Shown here: positions 49,629-58,619 of the stretch, piece after piece
How the letters are laid out: each line of letters starts with the position of its first letter
Position numbering within the stretch: the first letter of the stretch is position 1
Translations under genes and position numbers: made by a program
The notes under the pieces: model-generated
Told to the model about the DNA's origin: nothing
Seen by the model: only the letters and a program-made list of their open reading frames with translations
Database searches by the model: none
DNA from: an uncultured Thermococci archaeon
Lineage (GTDB): Archaea; CAYQAE01; CAYVLA01
DNA length: 64,000 nucleotides
Reading direction: 5' to 3'
NCBI GenBank assembly: GCA_964549615.1
Contig: CAZJVP010000030.1
Span: forward strand, 1-64,000

Positions 49629-51623
49629 TCAAACCTCTGGCCGGGATAGAAGTTCCCGGTCGATGATCTTCTTCACCTCGCTGACGACCTCCGGGTTGCC
49701 CAGCGTGGTGATGTCCCCGGTGGGCTCACCCCTCACCATGTTGGATATGACGCGCCTCATGATCTTGCCGCTTCTAGTCTTGGGCAGATCCGGCACGAAG
49801 ATGACATAATCCGGCCGCGCTATCGGGCTGATCTCCTTCGAGACGTGTCTGATGAGCTCCTGTTTCAATGAATCCGTCGGCTCCGTGCCGTGCACGAGTA
49901 TGACGAAGGCCGTTATGGAAGAGCCCTTGACGGGGTCGGGCTTTCCGACCACGGCGGCTTCAGCGACCTTGGGGTGCGAGACGAGCGCCGACTCAACCTC
50001 GGCCGTGCCTATTCGGTGCCCGGCAACCTTGAGCACATCGTCCGCCCTGCCCTGAATCCAGAAGTACCCGTCCTCGTCAACACGCGCAACGTCCCCAGCA
50101 AGATATACGCCAGGGAATCTTGACCAGTAGGTTTGCTCGTACCGCTCCTTCTGCTTGTACAATCCAACGAACATGCCTGGCCACGGTCTGGTGAGTACTA
50201 GGTTTCCTCCCTGGCCGATGACCTGCTTGCCGGTGTCGTCGTAGACGGCCGCCTCAAGGCTCGGGAAGGGGAAGGTTGCGGACCCGGGCTTCAGAGGCGT
50301 AACGGGCAGAGGCGTGATTATGAAATGGCCGGTCTCGGTCTGCCACCATGTGTCCATGATCGGACACCTCTTGCCGCCGATCACCTCATGGTACCAGACC
50401 CATGCCTCCGGGTTTATCGGTTCTCCCACCGATCCGAGGAGGCGCAGAGAACTCAGGTCGTGCTTGGACGGCCATTCCTTGCCGAAGCGCATGAAGAGCC
50501 GGATTGCCGTGGGAGAAGTGTAGAAGACGGAGACCTTATATCTCTCGACTATCTGCCAGAACCTGTCGGGCTCGGGATAGGTCGGCGCGCCCTCGTAAAG
50601 AACCGACGTAACGCCCAGCATCAGGGGCCCGTAGACTATGTATGTATGGCCCGTGATCCAGCCGATGTCCGCAGCGCACCACCAGACGTCATCGTCCTTG
50701 AGGTCGAAGACCAGCGAAAGCGTTGACGCGGCCCCGACCTGGTACCCTCCGTGCACGTGCATGACGCCCTTTGGCTTTCCGGTCGTGCCCGAGGTGTACA
50801 TAATGAAGAGCAGGTCGTTGGAGTTCATGACCTCGGTCTTGCACTCATCGGGTTGACCCTTCGTGACATCCTCCCACCAGTAGTCCCTGTCCTTGACCAT
50901 GTTGACCTTGATCTTGTCGCCCAGCCTCCTCACCACTACCACCTTCTTCACCGTGGGTGACGCGGCCACGGCCTGGTCTGCCATCGCCTTCAGATTGAGA
51001 GGCTCGCCCTTTCGGTAGTAGCCGTCAGCCGTGATGAGTGCCACACACTCGGCGTCCACCAGACGCTCCTCCAGCGCCTTGGAGCCGAAACCCGAGAAGA
51101 CCACGGAATGCACAGCCCCGATCTTCGCGCACGCGACCATGGCTATGGGAAGCTCGGGTATCATGGGGAGGTAGATGCCAACCCTGTCGCCCTTCTTTAT
51201 CCCGAGGCTCTTCAGGGCGTTGGCCAACCGGTTGACCTCCTTGTACATCTCCCGGTAGGTCATCTTGCGAACCTCGCCCAACTCGCCCTCCCAGATGTAG
51301 GCGACCTTGTCCGCCCTACCATCCTCCATGTGTCTATCCAAGGCATTGTAGGCGATGTTCGTTCTTGCGCCTTCAAACCAGACGAAGTAGGGGGCTTTGC
51401 CGGAGAGAACCGTCTTCCACTTTCGGTGCCAGTGGAGATCCTTTGCTAGTTCTCCCCAGAACCATTCCTGGTCCTTTGCCCTCTCGTAGAGCTCCTTCAC
51501 GGTCCTTATCTTGTGCTTGTCCATGAACTTCTTGACGTTGCTCTTCTCCACCAGTTCCTTGGGGGGCTCGAACAACCTCTTCTCCTTCATCAGGGCTTCT
51601 ATAGTGGCAGACATGATGCTCAC
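49629..51623 (-). CDS. acs: Acetyl-CoA synthetase (AMP-forming)
   Basis: [57 protein letters not shown]. Confidence 0.96.
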   Translation of the reverse strand: MSIMSATIEALMKEKRLFEPPKELVEKSNVKKFMDKHKIRTVKELYERAKDQEWFWGELAKDLHWHRKWKTVLSGKAPYFVWFEGARTNIAYNALDRHMEDGRADKVAYIWEGELGEVRKMTYREMYKEVNRLANALKSLGIKKGDRVGIYLPMIPELPIAMVACAKIGAVHSVVFSGFGSKALEERLVDAECVALITADGYYRKGEPLNLKAMADQAVAASPTVKKVVVVRRLGDKIKVNMVKDRDYWWEDVTKGQPDECKTEVMNSNDLLFIMYTSGTTGKPKGVMHVHGGYQVGAASTLSLVFDLKDDDVWWCAADIGWITGHTYIVYGPLMLGVTSVLYEGAPTYPEPDRFWQIVERYKVSVFYTSPTAIRLFMRFGKEWPSKHDLSSLRLLGSVGEPINPEAWVWYHEVIGGKRCPIMDTWWQTETGHFIITPLPVTPLKPGSATFPFPSLEAAVYDDTGKQVIGQGGNLVLTRPWPGMFVGLYKQKERYEQTYWSRFPGVYLAGDVARVDEDGYFWIQGRADDVLKVAGHRIGTAEVESALVSHPKVAEAAVVGKPDPVKGSSITAFVILVHGTEPTDSLKQELIRHVSKEISPIARPDYVIFVPDLPKTRSGKIMRRVISNMVRGEPTGDITTLGNPEVVSEVKKIIDRELLSRPEV

Positions 51624-51630
51624 CAGAGAT

Positions 51631-52179
51631 CTATACTGGGATCACGGTGCGGCCGTAAAGCTGGTTCCACACGCTGGCGATGGCAACGTAGATCGCCGAG
51701 AACCCACACACGATGCCCTCGATTCCTGTGATCGTGTGGAAGACCTCGGACTCCACGAACTCCCCCACGGCCAACAGGAAGAACAGGACCGTTAGGGTGC
51801 CGAACACGACCTGGAGCCCGCGGCTGAGCTTGAGGGTCCCGACGAACATCCATCCCGTGAAGAATCCCCACATCGCGAGGTAGGCTGCCATGCCAGCGGC
51901 ATCGGGGGCATCCGCCCACCCGAGCTTTGGGAATACGAGGAGCCCCACGAGCGAGAGCCAGAAAAGTCCGTAGCTCGTGAAGGCGGTCGTCCCAAAGGTG
52001 TTGCCGTTCCTGTACTCCATGATGCCGGCTATGACCTGGGCTAGGCCACCGTAGAACACGCCCATCGCCAGGATCATGCTGCTCAATGGGTACAGCCCCG
52101 CGTTGTGAAGATTCAGCAGGACGGTGGTCATGCCGAACCCCGTAAGCCCAAGCGGCGCAGGATTTGCCGTGTCTGCCAT
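51631..52179 (-). CDS. satP: Acetate uptake transporter (SatP/GPR1/FUN34/YaaH family)
   Basis: [34 protein letters not shown]. Confidence 0.93.
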   Translation of the reverse strand: MADTANPAPLGLTGFGMTTVLLNLHNAGLYPLSSMILAMGVFYGGLAQVIAGIMEYRNGNTFGTTAFTSYGLFWLSLVGLLVFPKLGWADAPDAAGMAAYLAMWGFFTGWMFVGTLKLSRGLQVVFGTLTVLFFLLAVGEFVESEVFHTITGIEGIVCGFSAIYVAIASVWNQLYGRTVIPV

Positions 52180-52466
52180 ACGCCATCCTTTGGGTCCTTG
52201 CCGCAGATGGATGGTTGATAAACGTTTCCGGGAGCGGCGCGCGCTGCCGCCGGGTTTCATCACGAGTTCGTCACCAGGCCGCCAAAGGCGTGGCTCGGTG
52301 GCACGACTCTTCCACCCGAAGAAGATCCCCAGACCGTGGTGGATCGGTAACGCAAACCTATTTCTTTAGCGCTATCCTGCCATGGACGAATGCCGAGTCC
52401 CCGCGTTCGTTTGGCCGCCGCACGCCGATTTCAAACGGTGCTGCTAGCATCGGGGAGGGGAGGGCA

Positions 52467-53225
52467 GTGGAACGCAGGCTGGTGATCGTGGACGAGCGAG
52501 GCAGAAAACATCTCGCCGTCCCGGGCGACAGGTTGGAGACGGACCTCGGCATCTTCAACCTTCCTCGCAGGTACGCCTCCGGAGAGTTGCTCCGAAGCCA
52601 TCTAGGGCACGAGGCATTCGCCCTGGAGCCCAACGTGCGCGACTATGTTGAGAAGATGGCACGGCCCACCTCGGTCCCGTACTTTGAGGATATCGGCTTC
52701 GTGCTGGCCCTCGCCGGGCTCCGCAGCGGACAGACCGTGGTCGAGGCGGGAACTGGGAGCGGCGCGTGCGCGCTTTATTTCTCCCAAGCAGTCGGGCCGG
52801 CCGGGAAGGTGTACTCGTTCGAGATTCGCGCCGACATACACGGCATAGCGCTCGCAAACCTCAAAGGCTTCGGATGCCGCAACGTCGAGCTCATCAACGA
52901 TGACGTCCGCAACATCGCCGAAGACATCAAGGCAGATCTTTTCTTCCTCGACCTTGCCTCGCCGTCCAAGTACATCCAGTCTGCCTACTCCTCTATGAAG
53001 CCAGGGGGCATGATCTGCGCCTTCGTCCCCTTTCTCGAGGAAGGTGCACGCTGCGTGAGGAAGCTCAAGGCGCTCAAGTGCTTCGACGTCCGGATGGTGG
53101 AGGTCTCACACCGGGACTACGAGGTCTCAAGCCACGGCACGCGTCCAAGGACGACGCAGACCGTCCACACGGGATACATCGCGTTGGGAAGAGCTCTTCC
53201 AGCGCGCCCGGAGAAGGTCGATTAA
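52467..53225 (+). CDS. trmI: tRNA (adenine-N1)-methyltransferase
   Basis: DIG..L..AG...G..VVEAGTGSG, VYSFEIR, FLDL..P, TRP....HTGYI. Confidence 0.88.
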   Translation: MERRLVIVDERGRKHLAVPGDRLETDLGIFNLPRRYASGELLRSHLGHEAFALEPNVRDYVEKMARPTSVPYFEDIGFVLALAGLRSGQTVVEAGTGSGACALYFSQAVGPAGKVYSFEIRADIHGIALANLKGFGCRNVELINDDVRNIAEDIKADLFFLDLASPSKYIQSAYSSMKPGGMICAFVPFLEEGARCVRKLKALKCFDVRMVEVSHRDYEVSSHGTRPRTTQTVHTGYIALGRALPARPEKVD

Positions 53226-53258
53226 CATTTTTGAAGGTTCCCCCGGGGGTGCAGCCTG

Positions 53259-53678
53259 ATGAGAAGTACCCTGGCAGCCGTATGCATATTCCTGTTCCTC
53301 GTAACCAGTTTCCTCTGTATGTACCAGATCGGCGGAGGGGGAGGGTTCCTGAGAGGCGGGTACCTGACCATGTCGGCCTACTATCGATCCGCATACGGGG
53401 ACAGCCCGACTGCCTTCATCCTGGCGGACAAGAGCATCCGCAGCGACTACGCAGTAACCCTCCTCATCCAGGACGCAAGGAGCATGCGCTTTTTCAAATC
53501 TCGGATAGATTCGAGCCAGATCACTTCATACGGGCAGAGCGCCTGGATCGTCCGCGGTGTCTCGCAGAGACAGTTCTTTGGCTACCTGCAGGAAATGGAG
53601 CTGGGGATCATCGCCACCGGATCGGCGATGGTGGCAAGCCTATTCGTGCTCTACTACTACGACTCCAAGACCCCCTAG
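53259..53678 (+). CDS. Hypothetical membrane protein with TM helices at both ends
   Basis: Hydrophobic N- and C-terminal segments; GGGGTG SD. Confidence 0.55.
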   Translation: MRSTLAAVCIFLFLVTSFLCMYQIGGGGGFLRGGYLTMSAYYRSAYGDSPTAFILADKSIRSDYAVTLLIQDARSMRFFKSRIDSSQITSYGQSAWIVRGVSQRQFFGYLQEMELGIIATGSAMVASLFVLYYYDSKTP

Positions 53679-53754
53679 AAGGGCGCAGAGCCGAGCCGGG
53701 TCCAAAGATTTTTCTTGTTCGTAAGACCTCCCCTCAATCGGGAAAGGGTTCAGA

Positions 53755-54162
53755 TTGCCACCCGTGGGGACCATGGAGATCCTGGTCATCCTCATCGCGG
53801 TGATCCTTTTCGGCCCAAAGAGGATACCCGAGATAGCTCGCACGCTGGGCGCCGCCCTAAACCAACTCAGGTCAGCAAGCGATGACCTCATGCGAGAGCT
53901 GACTAAGGAGGTCGACCTGGAGAAGCCCCCCCTTCCCAAGAAAGCCCAAGAAACTCAACTGTCACCACAAAGGGGCCATCCGGCCGAGAAGCCCGCCGGG
54001 GAGGAGGTCAAGGCCCTCACCCACGAGCAGTTGGCTGAGGCGGCAAGGAAGCTGGGCCTGAGCGTTGAGGGCAAGACCGAGGACCAGTTGCGCGCCGAGA
54101 TAGTCTCGAGGGTGAGCTTGGACGGAGCCCGATCGAGCGCCTCTGGGCAGAAAGCTGGGTGA
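53755..54162 (+). CDS. tatA: Twin-arginine translocase TatA/TatB-family subunit
   Basis: EILVILIAVILFGPKRIPEIARTLG; C-terminal AARKLGLSVEGKT motif. Confidence 0.88.
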   Translation: MPPVGTMEILVILIAVILFGPKRIPEIARTLGAALNQLRSASDDLMRELTKEVDLEKPPLPKKAQETQLSPQRGHPAEKPAGEEVKALTHEQLAEAARKLGLSVEGKTEDQLRAEIVSRVSLDGARSSASGQKAG

Positions 54163-54290
54163 TGGCCCTCCGCCAGCGGTCTGAGCCGGTCGTGATCCCG
54201 CAGTCGGTTGGGCGGCCGGAAGGCTGGCTGGCGGTGCCTGAACATGCCAGATTTAAGGCCCTTGGGCATCCGATTTCCTTGATCTGGGCC

Positions 54291-55013
54291 TTGGCCAAGG
54301 AGATGTCCTTCTTCGATCACCTCGAGGAGCTTCGCCGTCGGCTGATCGTCTGCATAATCGCCGTGGGCGCGGGGTTCGTTCTCGGGTGGGTTTACCTAGC
54401 AGAGAAGATACTGCTGGCCATAGAGGCAAACATGCTGGGCGGCATGAAGCTAACGGCGCTGACGCCGCTCGCGGCTGCGCTGGCTCGCATGAAGATTTCC
54501 CTTGTCGTCGCGGTGGCAGTTGCATCCCCCGTGATTGCGTACGAGGCGCTCGCCTTCTTAATCCCAGCTCTCAAGCCTAAGGAAAAGAAGATGGTATTCA
54601 AGCTGGCGCTCCCGGCGGTTGGACTCTTCCTGGTTGGCCTTGCCTTCGGCTACTACGTGATGGTCCCATTCACGATGGACTTCCTCAAAACCGTCGTCAA
54701 TGAGGACCTCATCGTCAACTTGTGGTCCGTCGACCAGACCGTCTCCTTCGTCTTCCTCATGCTTCTGGTCTTCGGGCTGATCTTCGAATACCCGCTTCTG
54801 GCGACGCTGCTCTCCAGCATAGGACTAGTGTCGCCGCAATTCTTCAGAAAGAACCGCGCCTTGGCCTTGATCGCGATACTCATCATAGCGGCAGTGATTA
54901 CGCCGGACCCCACCATGGTGAGCCAGATAATCGTTTCGATCCCGATGTACCTGCTCTACGAGGTAGGGATCATCTGCTCCTCGCTCGTCTACCCGAAGGA
55001 GAAGGCTGGATGA
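54291..55013 (+). CDS. tatC: Twin-arginine translocase TatC
   Basis: EMSFFDHLEELRRRL, F..PAL.P.E, FGLIFEYP, AAVITPDPT..SQ, LLYE. Confidence 0.93.
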   Translation: MAKEMSFFDHLEELRRRLIVCIIAVGAGFVLGWVYLAEKILLAIEANMLGGMKLTALTPLAAALARMKISLVVAVAVASPVIAYEALAFLIPALKPKEKKMVFKLALPAVGLFLVGLAFGYYVMVPFTMDFLKTVVNEDLIVNLWSVDQTVSFVFLMLLVFGLIFEYPLLATLLSSIGLVSPQFFRKNRALALIAILIIAAVITPDPTMVSQIIVSIPMYLLYEVGIICSSLVYPKEKAG

Positions 55014-56316
55014 AATCCCTATAGGCCGTTCGGAAATCGCGGCCCGGGTACCTGGCCCTCTCCCCTAGCTCCTCCTGTATCCGCAGCAGCTGGTTATACT
55101 TGGCTGTCCTTTCGGACCTGCAGGGGGCCCCCGTCTTTATCTGGCCAGCGTTCAGCCCAACTGCGATGTCGGCTATGGTCGTGTCCTCCGTCTCACCGCT
55201 CCTGTGGCTTATCACCACGCCGTAGCCGTTCTCCATGCACATCCTCGCCGACTGGATCGCCTCCGTAAGCGTTCCTATCTGGTTCACCTTCAGCAGCAAA
55301 GCGTTGCAAGCCCCCATCTTGATCCCCGTCTCCAGCCGCGCGCAGTTAGTGACGAAGAGATCGTCCCCAACGATCTGGACCTTCTTCCCCAGCCGCTGCG
55401 TGATCTGGACGAACCCACCCCAGTCATCCTCCGACATGGGGTCCTCTATGGAGGTTATGGGATAGGAGTCCACCAGTCGGGCGTACAGGTCGATTAGCTC
55501 CCCGGCGCTGTGGGGCTTGCCTTCCACCGTGTAGCTACCTGCCGAATAGAACTCGCTCGCCGCCGGATCCAAGGCGATCGAGACCTCCTTTCCCGCAACA
55601 TAGCCGGCCTTCTCGATGGCTTGGACCAGCGAATCCAACACATCGGTTACCCTGTCTATCGGACCCGAGAAGCCCCCCTCATCTCCCACATTCCTCATGG
55701 AGATCCCATACTTTGAGACGAGCACGCTCCTCAGCTGTTGGTAGATTTCGGCTATCCACCTCAGCCCCTCGGAGAAGCTGGGCGCGCCGACCGGGTGAAG
55801 CATGAACTCTTGGAGCTCCAGCTTCCCGCCGCCATGCTTGCCGGCGTTGACGACGTTGGACATGGGCAGCGGCAGGAGATACTCGCGGAAAGATCTCCCG
55901 AAAGCGATCTTGGCGATGTGCTCGTAGAGCGGTACATCCAGCGAATCGGCGGCGGCCCTGCAACAAGCCAGCGACGCCCCGAGCACGGCATTGGCGCCGA
56001 GCCTACACTTGTTTGGAGTAGAATCCAGCTTCAGCAAGAGGGAATCGATCCCGTTCTGGTCCGCCGAATCCTTCCCCACGATTGCGGGCCGGATGATCTG
56101 GTTCACGGATTCAACTGCCTTGAGCACCCCCTTTCCGGCGAAACGCCTCGGATCTCCGTCGCGGAGCTCAAGCGCCTCGTGCCGGCCGGTGCTAGCGCCC
56201 GATGGGACGGCCGCCCGCCCGAACCCTTTCCTCGTGCGAACATCCACCTCGATCGTCGGGTTGCCTCTCGAATCGAGGATCTCCCTAGCCTTAACCTCGG
56301 TTATACACGTATCCAT
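54970..56316 (-). CDS. eno: Enolase
   Basis: REILDSRGNPT, VPSGASTG.HEA.ELRD, VGDEGG, VGDDLFVTN, KVNQIGTLTE, SHRSGET, QIKTGAP. Confidence 0.97.
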   Translation of the reverse strand: MDTCITEVKAREILDSRGNPTIEVDVRTRKGFGRAAVPSGASTGRHEALELRDGDPRRFAGKGVLKAVESVNQIIRPAIVGKDSADQNGIDSLLLKLDSTPNKCRLGANAVLGASLACCRAAADSLDVPLYEHIAKIAFGRSFREYLLPLPMSNVVNAGKHGGGKLELQEFMLHPVGAPSFSEGLRWIAEIYQQLRSVLVSKYGISMRNVGDEGGFSGPIDRVTDVLDSLVQAIEKAGYVAGKEVSIALDPAASEFYSAGSYTVEGKPHSAGELIDLYARLVDSYPITSIEDPMSEDDWGGFVQITQRLGKKVQIVGDDLFVTNCARLETGIKMGACNALLLKVNQIGTLTEAIQSARMCMENGYGVVISHRSGETEDTTIADIAVGLNAGQIKTGAPCRSERTAKYNQLLRIQEELGERARYPGRDFRTAYRDFIQPSPSGRRARSR

Positions 56317-57490
56317 CTTCCGCACCTCTAGGCTCCAGACTTAGTTTCCTTTCTTTGAGCGTCCTCAGGACCTTCTTCCGGATCTCGCCCACGGTGGGCA
56401 GCCTGGACACCTCTCCTTTCTGGATCAGCGGCTCAAGGAGGCTGACCATCTGCGTCCCGCACTCACATCTGGACTCGCGAGCAAGGGTCACACTCCTCCT
56501 AAAGCATGACGGACACTCCAGGACGTTCTTGGCTCCCGAGAGCTTCCCGCGTTTGCATATCTTCCTGCCCTCGACCTCAACGATATCCATCGCCAGGTCC
56601 ACAGTGCGCGCCGAGCTGATCCACGTTCCGACGCCGAAGGCATCGGCAACGCCCGAGAGCTCGGACAGCGATCGTTCGTCCAGACCGCCGGAAACGAAGA
56701 TCTTGACATGGTCATACCCCTCCACGTCGAGCTTCCAACGAACCTCCTGCACGATCCGCTTCATATCGCCCCTGCGGCTTCCCGGGGTGTCCAGCCTGAC
56801 CGCGTACAGCCTCTTGCCGAGGGTCCGGGCCGCGGACAGGGATTCCACAACCTCGTCTGAAAACGTGTCGACCAGCATTATCCTCGGCACGCTTTCCTCC
56901 ACCACCTCGTCAAAGGCTTTCCACACGGCCTCCCGGTCCCCCACGAGTACGATGAGGGCATGAGGGATCGTGCCCGAGGGCGAGATGCCGATGAGCTTCG
57001 CACCCGATATGCCCGACACGCCATCGCAGCCGCCGAGGTAGGCGGAGCGATCTATCATTGGAGACAAGGCTGGATGCATCCTCCTTATCCCGAAGCTGTA
57101 GACAGGCTTGAGCCCGGCCGCGATCTTGCACCGTGCCGCCGCGGTTGCGATCCCTGAAGCCTGGCAGGTGAGCCCGAGCAAGGGGGTCTCCATTTCACAG
57201 AATTCGGAGTACATCCCCTCGATCCTGATGACCGGCTCCATCGGGTAGAAGATGCTCCCCTCCGGCATCGACAGCACGTCCAGGTCCCTTCCCCGGAGAA
57301 GCTCGGCCACCTCCTCGATCCCCGAAAGGACCGCCCATCCCCATCCTTTGGGAAAAGATGAAGCCGAAACCTCAGCAACGACCTTCGCATCCCACTTCTT
57401 CTTCGTGACTATCTCATGGGCGCGCCGGAAGTATATGTCGGTCGTGCCGCCGCTCCTTATCTCCGACTCAGAGGCAATGTGGAACGCCAA
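56291..57490 (-). CDS. pncB: Nicotinate phosphoribosyltransferase
   Basis: TDIYF.R, SFGIRRMHP, GTIPHAL, LVDTF, VRLDTPGSRRG, IFVSGGLD, DAFGVG, KRGKLSG. Confidence 0.92.
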   Translation of the reverse strand: MAFHIASESEIRSGGTTDIYFRRAHEIVTKKKWDAKVVAEVSASSFPKGWGWAVLSGIEEVAELLRGRDLDVLSMPEGSIFYPMEPVIRIEGMYSEFCEMETPLLGLTCQASGIATAAARCKIAAGLKPVYSFGIRRMHPALSPMIDRSAYLGGCDGVSGISGAKLIGISPSGTIPHALIVLVGDREAVWKAFDEVVEESVPRIMLVDTFSDEVVESLSAARTLGKRLYAVRLDTPGSRRGDMKRIVQEVRWKLDVEGYDHVKIFVSGGLDERSLSELSGVADAFGVGTWISSARTVDLAMDIVEVEGRKICKRGKLSGAKNVLECPSCFRRSVTLARESRCECGTQMVSLLEPLIQKGEVSRLPTVGEIRKKVLRTLKERKLSLEPRGAEDGYVYNRG

Positions 57491-57524
57491 GCCTTGCCCC
57501 CTCGGGTCGACCTGCTGCCTCCAT

Positions 57525-58238
57525 TCATCGTCTTAAATATCTCGCCAACCATCCCTGCAGATCCAACCGATCGACGATCAAGAGCGTCAAGAGCAGAAGA
57601 GGAACGGACGCGATGCAGTCGATCAAGAGGTGGTTGCCTGACGATGTCACGGCCAGCAGCATCAACGCGGGATAGGCAAGGGCGAGCAATCTGAGGAGCC
57701 TGGCACGGGATCTAAGGTAGATGAAGCCGCCAACTATGAGGGAATAGCCCATGTGGACGCTCGGCATGGCTGCATACGGGTTCACCAACCTACTGAGGAA
57801 TCCGGTCTCGTAGTCCATTCCGGGACTCTGATCCCCGGTGTCAACGAAGCCATACTCGCGCATGATCCGCGGAGGTGCAAGGGGATATAGCCAGTATATT
57901 AGAAAGGAGATGAGCGAAAAGCACACCAAGATATTGCGCACGCGCGCGTACTCCCCCCTCCCTCTGAGGAAAAGCACCAAGACGAAGCCCAGCACTATCA
58001 TCGAATGGAGGAGAAAATAGAAGACGTTTACCAGTGCAACGAACGGCGTCCTCAAGAGCATTCTCTGGAGATCCAGCTCGACGAAGATGCCGAGTCGCCT
58101 CTCCAGCGAGGCGAGATCGTGAAAATGAGCGATCGCCGCCTCCCGGCGGTCTGAGCTTCCAAGGGCGGCGGAAAAGTAGGCCATGAGGAGGACAAGCGCG
58201 ACGACCGACTCCTTTCTCCATGCTTCCCTCGGATTCAC
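57525..58238 (-). CDS. PAP2-superfamily membrane protein (inositol phosphorylceramide synthase-like)
   Basis: YPLAPPR, NPYAAMPSVH.GYS, GNH...D. Confidence 0.85.
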   Translation of the reverse strand: MNPREAWRKESVVALVLLMAYFSAALGSSDRREAAIAHFHDLASLERRLGIFVELDLQRMLLRTPFVALVNVFYFLLHSMIVLGFVLVLFLRGRGEYARVRNILVCFSLISFLIYWLYPLAPPRIMREYGFVDTGDQSPGMDYETGFLSRLVNPYAAMPSVHMGYSLIVGGFIYLRSRARLLRLLALAYPALMLLAVTSSGNHLLIDCIASVPLLLLTLLIVDRLDLQGWLARYLRR

Positions 58239-58549
58239 GGGTAGTCCCTTGGGGATCGCCTTTGGAGGTAAACGAGAAAGGCATGCTGATAAGTATAATC
58301 AGGCCCTTGCTCCAATCCGGCGTTCTCCTAGAGCCAAGGGGCATCGGGTCCTCCTGTCTCCCCCTAGACTTCGGCCCATTTCGGTTTCCCGGCGAAGAAG
58401 CTCGCATCCATGCGAAGATGCACCGCAGGCACGCATGGTGCGACTCCATGCTGGGGTTGTTCAAACCAAAGGAGCATGCTGCACTCCGACGAGAACGTCC
58501 AACCGCGCGGCTTCCCCTCAGGCGGCAACCCTATCTGGGTCGCGCAATC

Positions 58550-58567
58550 AGACCAATTTTTATTCTC
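58550..58567 (+). promoter_or_regulatory. Putative TATA promoter of carB
   Basis: AGACCAATTTTTATTCTC, followed by SD GGAGGA at 58605-58610 and TTG at 58620. Confidence 0.5.
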
Positions 58568-58619
58568 ATTTTCTAGCGCACCGCCAGAACGACCGAGATC
58601 CCACGGAGGAGCAACAGCC

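Noticed and set aside
52225-52290. Box C-like GTGATGA on the minus strand (C/D sRNA)
   Set aside because: No suitably placed box D (CTGA) or terminal stem.
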